A DNA stretch of 11,616 bases, from UHGV virus genome UHGV-0128598; one strand, given 5' to 3'. Each line of letters opens with the position of its first letter. Within the stretch, counting starts at the first letter, position 1. The translations under genes were made by a program, and so were the position numbers. The notes beneath the pieces are model-generated. The model was not told the DNA's origin. It searched no databases and saw only the letters and a program-made list of their open reading frames with translations. The DNA comes from a virus. Positions 1-6,342 of the stretch are shown piece after piece.

Positions 1-182
1 TGCGGGAAAGCAGACGCAAGAAATAGCGGCAATGTCTGTCCGTCCAGTCGAGCATCGGCGCGATGGAAAAACGTGAAGGGCTGTATCCCGGCGTTTTTCC
101 TCTGTTAACGCTGTTCTGGTGTGGGTTGTGCGATTCTTTATTTTCGTGCATTTTTTGTCTTTATGTCGTATTTTTTCTTTAT

Positions 183-220
183 CAGCACCCCCAACAGCAC
201 CCCAGATTCATGGGGTGCTG
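183..220 (+). promoter_or_regulatory. Tandem direct repeat (CAGCACCCC x2) and perfect 9-bp inverted repeat (CAGCACCCC-8 nt-GGGGTGCTG) in the integrase 5' leader
   Basis: Read directly: cagcaccccc at 183-192 and cagcacccc at 195-203; the latter pairs with ggggtgctg at 212-220. It lies about 20 nt upstream of the int ATG (241) and just 5' of an AAGGA ribosome-binding site. A T-rich imperfectly repeated tract lies further upstream (about 130-180). Function (operator, arm-type site, or leader structure) is inferred. Confidence 0.4.
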
Positions 221-240
221 AACGAAGGTAAAGGAAAAGC

Positions 241-1329
241 ATGGCCTACTATAGCATAGAAAAACGTCAACGCGCCGATGGGACTTTACGCTACCGCTGC
301 ACCGTGGGCGTAAAAGAAGGTGGGAAATATATCTACCGGGAAAACCGAACATTCAGCAAACAGGCCCATGCCAAAACGTGGGGTGCTGGTAGGGTTGCTG
401 AACTGGAAACAAATGGGGTGCCGACCACCAACGACTTAAACAAAATGGTTGTTGGCGATCTGCTCAAACGCTATATCAACGATCCCAACCTCGGCGGCAA
501 AGCCGGGCGCACAAAACGTTATGTACTGGATATGTTGCTGGACTGCAACATCGCCGAAACCCCTCTGACAGACCTTTCAACCAGCCACGTTATCGAGCAT
601 TGCCGCCACAGAAACGGCGCTGGTGCCGGTCCTTCTACTATTAACCACGATGTAAGTTACCTTTCTTCCGTTCTGGCATCCGCCAAACCCGTCTACGGTA
701 TCGACTACACGACCAATCCCGCAACAGATGCAAGACCTCTACTGCTCCAGATGGGGCTGATTGGCAAATCCAAACGCCGCAGCCGCCGCCCTGTGAGCGA
801 CGAACTGGATAGACTGCTCGCAGGGCTTGAGGCCAGAAGCGATCACGTCGCAGCAAAAATCCCCTTCGTTGATATTCTTAACTTCTCAATCCTCAGTTGT
901 ATGCGAGTTGGCGAAGTGTGCAAAATCCGCTGGGAAGATGTAGACGAAAAACAAAAGGCCGTGCTGGTCAGAGACAGAAAAGACCCGCGCAAAAAATCCG
1001 GTAACCATATGCTGGTACCACTTCTCGGCGATGCCTGGAACATAGTGCAACGTCAGCCCAAAATCAGCGAGTTAATTTTCCCTTATAACTCTCGTTCTGT
1101 AACTGCGGGTTTTCAACGTGTCAGGAACGCCCTGGGCATTGAAGACTTGCGCTACCACGATATGCGCCGGGAGGGGGCCAGCAGGCTTTTTGAGGCGGGT
1201 TTTAGTATAGAAGAAGTGGCCCAGGTTACAGGCCATCGGTCTCTTAATGTACTCTGGCAGGTTTATACTGAACTGTTTCCGAAATCCCTGCATGAAAAGT
1301 ACGACGCGCTGCACGCTAAAAAGAAGTAG
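241..1329 (+). CDS. int: Phage tyrosine integrase (site-specific recombinase)
   Basis: 362-aa ORF with ATG start and AAGGA ribosome-binding site 6 nt upstream. C-terminal catalytic region shows the tyrosine-recombinase pattern: R in CMRVGEVCKIRWEDV, H-x-x-R in YHDMRREGASRLF, and H...Y in VTGHRSLNVLWQVYTELF. Sits at the edge of a phage gene block. Confidence 0.85.
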   Translation: MAYYSIEKRQRADGTLRYRCTVGVKEGGKYIYRENRTFSKQAHAKTWGAGRVAELETNGVPTTNDLNKMVVGDLLKRYINDPNLGGKAGRTKRYVLDMLLDCNIAETPLTDLSTSHVIEHCRHRNGAGAGPSTINHDVSYLSSVLASAKPVYGIDYTTNPATDARPLLLQMGLIGKSKRRSRRPVSDELDRLLAGLEARSDHVAAKIPFVDILNFSILSCMRVGEVCKIRWEDVDEKQKAVLVRDRKDPRKKSGNHMLVPLLGDAWNIVQRQPKISELIFPYNSRSVTAGFQRVRNALGIEDLRYHDMRREGASRLFEAGFSIEEVAQVTGHRSLNVLWQVYTELFPKSLHEKYDALHAKKK

Positions 1330-1561
1330 CTTTATACCACGCCTGCCAGCGATACTTATCCTGCCGCAGCTGGCGCAGACATTCAGCAGTTTCTATATCA
1401 GCCTGCAGATCTTCATCGCTGTCTGTTCCAGCTTTGCTCGCTCCCTTGCACGGCTCCTGCATCAAATCCGCTGATGGAGTTGGCCGCATCGAGGGCGCGC
1501 TGACGCAACTGCACAGCGTGATCGTCAAAATCGCACTTAGTATGATTCGGGTCGTTAACAT
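1316..1561 (-). CDS. Rz1-like outer-membrane spanin (o-spanin), overlapped with Rz
   Basis: 81-aa ORF in a different frame from Rz, starting inside Rz (ATG at 1561, GGTGA 5 nt upstream) and running past the Rz stop. N-terminus MLTTRIILSAILTITLCSCVSAPS looks like a lipoprotein signal with Cys at 17 and 19, though the lipobox is not canonical. Position directly after the endolysin and Rz. Its last 14 nt overlap the 3' end of int. Confidence 0.5.
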   Translation of the reverse strand: MLTTRIILSAILTITLCSCVSAPSMRPTPSADLMQEPCKGASKAGTDSDEDLQADIETAECLRQLRQDKYRWQAWYKATSF

Positions 1562-1796
1562 ATTTCACCACATCGCGATAAATGGTCCGGTAAATCACTT
1601 TGCCTTCTGCGCTGGACGCTGCCGCTTTCTGTTCGCCGGTTGCTACAGCCTTCTCAGCCTTTTTACTCTTCTCCTGATATTCGCTGTTTATCTTGTCACT
1701 GTGCGCGTACCAGCCTTTCAAGTAACCCGCGTAATACGCACCGACGAGCAACGCCAGCAGAACGGCCAGCGCTAACAATTTTGTTTTAAGGGTCAC
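1413..1796 (-). CDS. Rz-like inner-membrane spanin (i-spanin)
   Basis: The ORF track gives 1413-1814 (GTG start). A GTG at 1796 overlaps the endolysin stop as GTGA with GGGGGA 7 nt upstream, giving [25 protein letters not shown]..., a basic N-terminus followed by one transmembrane segment and a charged, helix-like periplasmic region. This is the typical Rz layout and position. Start codon is uncertain between 1796 and 1814. Confidence 0.65.
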   Translation of the reverse strand: MTLKTKLLALAVLLALLVGAYYAGYLKGWYAHSDKINSEYQEKSKKAEKAVATGEQKAAASSAEGKVIYRTIYRDVVKYVNDPNHTKCDFDDHAVQLRQRALDAANSISGFDAGAVQGSEQSWNRQR

Positions 1797-2323
1797 TGGT
1801 CTATCCCCCAGCACGTCAGCGCGCTTTCCTGGTCACGACGGGATACCTGCCCGTAGCAGTTATTGGAACGGATCCGGCAATCGCGTCCACCGTCTTTTAT
1901 CCACCACCTGATTGCTTCACATGCCCCCTTCCGATCGCCGGCATTGATTCGCTTATAGAACGTGGATGGGAAACACTTGCCGGGGCCGATATTGTACGGG
2001 CAGAACGACGCAATACCTGCTTTCTGCGGTTCAGTCAGCGGCACTTTGATATTGTGCTCTACCCAGGCTAGCGCTTTATCGCGTTCGATAGCGTTTACCT
2101 GGTCACATTTTGCCTGCGTCAGCTTCATACCCTTCACTACAGGCTTACCATCAACCATCGTGGCACCACGGCAAATCGTCCAAATTCCTCCAGCGTCACG
2201 GTATGCGGAGAGACTGTTGCCCTCTTTCTCATTCAGGAACTGATCGAGAATAACCGATGCTGGCGCACCGGCGAGTACCAGTCCCAGAACAGCAGCGCTA
2301 AGCTTAGTCCTGTTGCTGGTCAT
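1793..2323 (-). CDS. SAR endolysin (T4-type lysozyme fold, phage 21 R-like)
   Basis: 176 aa with ATG start and AGAGG ribosome-binding site. N-terminal Gly/Ala-rich weakly hydrophobic segment [19 protein letters not shown] (signal-anchor-release type) followed by the catalytic triad spacing E-x8-D-x5-T in [16 protein letters not shown]. Start overlaps the holin 3' end by 20 nt; stop overlaps the Rz start. Confidence 0.85.
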   Translation of the reverse strand: MTSNRTKLSAAVLGLVLAGAPASVILDQFLNEKEGNSLSAYRDAGGIWTICRGATMVDGKPVVKGMKLTQAKCDQVNAIERDKALAWVEHNIKVPLTEPQKAGIASFCPYNIGPGKCFPSTFYKRINAGDRKGACEAIRWWIKDGGRDCRIRSNNCYGQVSRRDQESALTCWGIDQ

Positions 2324-2540
2324 AGAGTTGAGCCTCTTTGCGACGGTCTTCTTTGATTTTGAAATAGAGATTGGTCAGGTAGGTAACCAGCCCCAGAAAT
2401 ATACTCGCCAGCACACCGATAGCAGCCCACTGGCTTGGGCTGACTTTATCGAGTAATTGCAGTAACCAGAAGACGCCACTGCCCCCGGACGTAATATAGG
2501 AAGCACCTGCCGCCAGACCTGAATGGTTGTTCATCCTCAT
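2304..2540 (-). CDS. Pinholin, phage 21 S-like class II holin with dual-start motif
   Basis: 78 aa with two predicted transmembrane segments and a charged C-terminus ([11 protein letters not shown]). Strong resemblance, from memory, to phage 21 S pinholin ([12 protein letters not shown]...[16 protein letters not shown]). Starts M-R-M (ATG AGG ATG), the Met-basic-Met arrangement used for holin/antiholin dual starts. Directly upstream of a SAR endolysin. Confidence 0.8.
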   Translation of the reverse strand: MRMNNHSGLAAGASYITSGGSGVFWLLQLLDKVSPSQWAAIGVLASIFLGLVTYLTNLYFKIKEDRRKEAQLYDQQQD

Positions 2541-2587
2541 ACCTTACCCCCCGTAGGGAACACTATTAAGTGCTCCGAGGGTAAGGT
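2541..2587 (-). promoter_or_regulatory. Hairpin enclosing the holin ribosome-binding site (perfect 9-bp inverted repeat, 29-nt loop)
   Basis: Plus-strand ACCTTACCC at 2541-2549 is the exact reverse complement of GGGTAAGGT at 2579-2587. On the sense (minus) strand the 3' arm GGGUAAGGU sits immediately 5' of the holin AUG and contains the Shine-Dalgarno-like G-rich element. Confidence 0.4.
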
Positions 2588-2595
2588 GGTGATGT

Positions 2596-2610
2596 GGTCG
2601 GAATCCTGAC
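2596..2610. repeat. Copy A (degenerate) of the 16-bp inverted-repeat motif GGTCGGAATCCCGACC
   Basis: GGTCGGAATCCTGAC read directly; differs from copies B and C by one substitution, with the final base absent (next base is T). Lies in the acyltransferase-holin intergenic region, 55 nt upstream of the holin ATG. Confidence 0.6.
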
Positions 2611-2651
2611 TATTGGAGGTATTGACCCGAGAGCCAACATAATGAATTCAT

Positions 2652-3755
2652 TTAGGGTGTATTTAACCCTTTAATTTTTTTATGGCTTAGCAAGCCGAAC
2701 AGGCCCCATATTTTATTAAAGGCGCGTGTTACTTTTTTATCCAGAAGCTTTATGTACAGCGCTGCAATAGTAAACGATATTAACATCGAAATAACTATCG
2801 TCACCTCATAGTTAACAAAAGTCTTCGTAACCGGATATTCAACCCACCACTTCCTTTCAAACATAGCGTGAGACCAAAATCCGATATCGGCATGTATTAA
2901 ATACAGTGGGTATGTCATCGCCCCAAGAAACTTAACAACATTATAAAACTTACCGACTTCAGATACGTTAGATGCACACCAGGTTAACGTAACAAGAGAG
3001 ATACATGCGAGCAGAAGAGATGCATCAGAAACTGAATACCCAAAACTTCCATTTACATATGAATTAAAACCCAACATTCTATTATATATGAGGATCACAC
3101 TAAGAACCATCAAGACGAAATCAAAAGGAGATGGCTTATTTTTCATTATGTCATATATTACTATCCCTGCAATGAAATGACCGGCATGTTCAGTTATAAA
3201 TAGCGCATCAACAAAGCTAGAATGGATTAAAAATTGATTGCTGTATGAAATCACCAACCATGCAAAGCAAATCTCCCTTCTGTAACCACTCCAAATGTTA
3301 AATAACATCATAATGAAAACCAATATATAAAATGTCACCTCTTTCTGAATTGTCCAATAGATATCGCTAAAAAAATGATATCCGAACACTTGGGGGAAAA
3401 ACGTAAAGCTATAGAATAAAGAAACAATCCTTTCCTTAAAATCAACCATTGGTATAAAGCACTGAAACACTAAAACTATAAATCCAAATATTATAAAGGT
3501 GGGTACTATCCTATTAATCCTTGACTTAATAAATTCAACAGGTGTTCTTCCAACTGATGAAAGTGATATTACAAATCCACTTATAATGAAAAATAAATCA
3601 ACACCAAAGTCCCCAAAATAGAAGGCATTAACTGTTAACTCTTTCGGTAGGAAGCCTGAGATAGGCCCAGCGAACAAGTAGTGGTACAACATCACCATCA
3701 TAAATGCCATAAAGCGAAGACCGTCGAGCGCTTCAATCCTTACTGTGGTTTTCAT
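2652..3755 (-). CDS. Integral-membrane acyltransferase, Acyl_transf_3 (OafA/Oac) family; probable O-antigen O-acetyltransferase
   Basis: The track starts at TTG 3758; ATG at 3755 is the likely start (AGAGGA upstream), about 367 aa. Highly hydrophobic with many predicted transmembrane segments and the family motifs: R-x10-H (LDGLRFMAFMMVMLYH), FFxISG (VDLFFIISGFVIS) and RI.P (RINRIVPTF). Markedly AT-rich compared with its neighbours. Confidence 0.85.
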   Translation of the reverse strand: MKTTVRIEALDGLRFMAFMMVMLYHYLFAGPISGFLPKELTVNAFYFGDFGVDLFFIISGFVISLSSVGRTPVEFIKSRINRIVPTFIIFGFIVLVFQCFIPMVDFKERIVSLFYSFTFFPQVFGYHFFSDIYWTIQKEVTFYILVFIMMLFNIWSGYRREICFAWLVISYSNQFLIHSSFVDALFITEHAGHFIAGIVIYDIMKNKPSPFDFVLMVLSVILIYNRMLGFNSYVNGSFGYSVSDASLLLACISLVTLTWCASNVSEVGKFYNVVKFLGAMTYPLYLIHADIGFWSHAMFERKWWVEYPVTKTFVNYEVTIVISMLISFTIAALYIKLLDKKVTRAFNKIWGLFGLLSHKKIKGLNTP

Positions 3756-3760
3756 CAAAT

Positions 3761-3803
3761 CCTCTGGAGTATGCTTTTTACTAAGGAAATCATACCCCAG
3801 AGG
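3761..3803 (-). promoter_or_regulatory. 13-bp inverted repeat (17-nt loop) between tailspike and acyltransferase, enclosing the acyltransferase ribosome-binding site
   Basis: Plus-strand cctctggagtatg (3761-3773) and cataccccagagg (3791-3803) are reverse complements with one mismatch. On the minus-strand RNA that mismatch is a G-U wobble, so all 13 bp pair; on the plus-strand RNA it would be a C-A mismatch. The 3' arm contains the AGAGG element 5 nt before the start. Confidence 0.4.
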
Positions 3804-3819
3804 CTTTACTAATCAAAGT

Positions 3820-6321
3820 TTATCTTGTCAATCGCGCGACGATACCCGCCATGACAAAAACGATTATCTGGTCGTAGTTTAATCCGTATGTGTCGGCCTC
3901 TACATCATGCTCAATCATTTTATACTTTCTGTAATCAAGCCCGTGTCTAGCCATTACCTTCATGACATGCTGTACGGTATACCCAATGTTAACCCCCGCC
4001 TGCTCGCCAAAGTCTCGGCAATCCTTGAGCCACCGGAAAGTACCTGCGCCTAATGCAAGCTCCTGGGATGCTGCAATCTCGGCATCAGTAAATGGTTCAA
4101 TCTCAGTTTTCTGGCGTGCATCAGAGGTAGTAACCACGCCACCTGCTGAATATACACTAGCCCATCTCCTTGAAGAGTTTCCAAGTGTGTAAGTATTGTC
4201 AATATGGGGACCACATGCCCCATTAACATCAAGAGGAAATATTGGATTATCAGTGTTAACCCCAACATTACCACCGCGTGGGTTAATAACTACCTGGTAG
4301 TTATTACCTGATGAATCACTACCCTGAATAAAACCGCCATTAGAACCAGAGTTGCTTAAACATCCAAACTGTAACTCTCTACCACCATCATTATATGAAG
4401 ATCTAAATATTGCTGATGTTTTCAACGTTGAATCTGACAGCGGAATATTTGTTTTATTATCTACAGAAAATAATGCCCTTGGTGTTCCTCCCGTATTCAT
4501 TACCCCAACAAGCCCGCCTGGTGTTATCTCCATAACTTTATGTGGCTTATAGGCCCCATCATCACCATTGTAGAACCGTATGGGGTAATAGTATCCGTTG
4601 CCAGCTATACCGGCTCTAATCTCGTATTCACCAGTCGCTTTTGCAGATATACTGAGATTTTCTTCATCAGCCCCCGTAGTCTTCTGCACGCGGATCGTAC
4701 TTATCTGCGCCCCAATATCGTCACGAATTTTATATGTTGCGCCTGTAGCATTTATAGACGTGTCCTGTAAATTACAGGTGTTGCCGTTATTTGAAATACT
4801 GACAACAGTGCGTAGCGTACCGTTCAGCCAGAATTTATAGGCTCCACTACCGTAACCGAAGAAAAAAAACGGGTCCCCTGACGTTCTGGTGCAAACACCG
4901 TTAATCACGTCACAAATGCCACCACCAGTGGTGTACACATAATGGAATTTTGAGTGCGTACCCACTGCCGCAGTAAGATCCCCGCCGCCTATTTCTGTTA
5001 CGGAAATCTGCCCTGTTGAGGTTAATGCAGTAATTACCAGCGCCCGTTCAAATGCGTATATAGCATCGCCTACTGACCACTTATCTAAGTCGAATAAAGA
5101 GCCACCCTCTCTGACCAGAATATTTTGTGATTGGTGGACTAGTTGACCTTGTGCAGCAGAGCCGTATACAACCACTTCTGAAGGATTGTAATTTTTACTA
5201 GTCTGAATACGCATCCAATTTGCATGACCATCAGATGATAAAAACATACCGTCACCTGAATCCATTAAAGCCCCACCACCGACCTTGAATCCCCCTGAGT
5301 TAGTAGTGGTACCTGCCGAAACAACGCCAGCCCCAAATTTGGTCTCATCTCGTTTACGATACTGGACATTAAGGAATGCCGAGAACGATACTGCTGGTGA
5401 TAAGATTGCCTCGGAGTCCACAACCAGTGTTGGGAGTTTCGCCCACACTAAAGCTATTGGTGTATTGCAAACATAATTCCCCTGCGGAACGTGCAAAGTG
5501 GTACACCCGGAAGGTAGGTTGGATATCATAGAAGCCCAAGCCGCGCTCTCGTCCGAACCATCCCCCCTGACCCCGAAATCTTTTACGCTCAGTGTGTCGG
5601 CGTTTTTATCATGCTGTGTACGCCCCACAGATCCAGAATATGGCTGTTTTACCCCGATAAGAGCATCGCCCTTGCCGCTATCGGTGCTCGCGAGATCTAC
5701 CAAAACATCAGCAGCGCTACCACTCTCTGGACGAACAAATATCGGAGCACCCTCAGCATTGTAAGCCTGTAATCTGTTTGCACGCTGCTCAGCTGGTGCA
5801 AGCGGTGCCACGTAGTTTTCAGGCACGCGCAATGCCCTGTTAAGATTGGTCTGCCCGACCTCCTGCACGTATTTTTTGGTTGCTGCGTCCTGGTCATTAA
5901 CCGGATCCGCAAGGCCGGATATGCGATACCCTTCTGCGTTAAACGGTCCTCCAAGCAACGGGCGACGTAACGCCAGTCCGAGATAAATAAAAGAACGCTG
6001 GATAGCCATCCAGAGGCGGTCAAAATCTTTATTGACGGTATCTGCCAGCAGATCGCCATTGTCCTGGTAATCAGTCAGGCGATAGGTAGGAACAACACGT
6101 TCCAGCATAACAACCGTGCCGTTAGCAGGTGGGGTTAAAAACGTAAGATCACCACCGCTAACGTTACCCACTCCCGACACAGTAAATCCAGTAGTAACAG
6201 GCGTACCATTAAGACTCACCTGAATATCGCTGGCGCTGATGATGTAGAACTCAAAGGGAAAAACGGTCGTCAGACCGTTGGCGTTATAAATAATATAGGG
6301 GGTCTGATTCGGTACCGACAT
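3820..6321 (-). CDS. Tailspike/tail fibre: T7 gp17-like N-terminal anchor, pectate-lyase-like beta-helix depolymerase, C-terminal peptidase S74 intramolecular chaperone
   Basis: 833 aa, ATG start. The N-terminal 150 aa or so resemble, as recalled, the T7 tail-fibre N-terminal domain (VFPFEFY, ERVVPTYRLTDY, ISGLADPVNDQDAATKKYV). The mid region carries the pectate-lyase-3 start signature SVKDFGVRGDGSDESAAWASMISNL. The C-terminus has the autoproteolytic chaperone motif ...SSRRWASVYSAGGVVTTSDARQKTEIEPF. Confidence 0.9.
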   Translation of the reverse strand: MSVPNQTPYIIYNANGLTTVFPFEFYIISASDIQVSLNGTPVTTGFTVSGVGNVSGGDLTFLTPPANGTVVMLERVVPTYRLTDYQDNGDLLADTVNKDFDRLWMAIQRSFIYLGLALRRPLLGGPFNAEGYRISGLADPVNDQDAATKKYVQEVGQTNLNRALRVPENYVAPLAPAEQRANRLQAYNAEGAPIFVRPESGSAADVLVDLASTDSGKGDALIGVKQPYSGSVGRTQHDKNADTLSVKDFGVRGDGSDESAAWASMISNLPSGCTTLHVPQGNYVCNTPIALVWAKLPTLVVDSEAILSPAVSFSAFLNVQYRKRDETKFGAGVVSAGTTTNSGGFKVGGGALMDSGDGMFLSSDGHANWMRIQTSKNYNPSEVVVYGSAAQGQLVHQSQNILVREGGSLFDLDKWSVGDAIYAFERALVITALTSTGQISVTEIGGGDLTAAVGTHSKFHYVYTTGGGICDVINGVCTRTSGDPFFFFGYGSGAYKFWLNGTLRTVVSISNNGNTCNLQDTSINATGATYKIRDDIGAQISTIRVQKTTGADEENLSISAKATGEYEIRAGIAGNGYYYPIRFYNGDDGAYKPHKVMEITPGGLVGVMNTGGTPRALFSVDNKTNIPLSDSTLKTSAIFRSSYNDGGRELQFGCLSNSGSNGGFIQGSDSSGNNYQVVINPRGGNVGVNTDNPIFPLDVNGACGPHIDNTYTLGNSSRRWASVYSAGGVVTTSDARQKTEIEPFTDAEIAASQELALGAGTFRWLKDCRDFGEQAGVNIGYTVQHVMKVMARHGLDYRKYKMIEHDVEADTYGLNYDQIIVFVMAGIVARLTR

Positions 6322-6342
6322 GGCGTGTAACCTCTGGCAGGG

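Noticed and set aside
63-221. 52-codon plus-strand ORF upstream of the integrase ([15 protein letters not shown]...), a possible excisionase position
   Set aside because: The translation is hydrophobic and Cys/Phe-rich, driven by the T-rich tract, and has none of the basic DNA-binding character of excisionases. More likely non-coding regulatory or att DNA.
1-240. tRNA or tmRNA gene as integration target at the left edge
   Set aside because: No cloverleaf-compatible sequence or conserved tRNA motifs (for example a GTTC-type T-loop in proper context) were seen by eye. Cannot be excluded without a tRNA scan or sequence further left.
1434-2243. Plus-strand ORFs 1434-1775 and 1962-2243, antisense to the Rz and endolysin genes
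   Set aside because: They lie entirely within well-supported lysis genes on the opposite strand and have no recognisable features. Considered reverse-frame artefacts.
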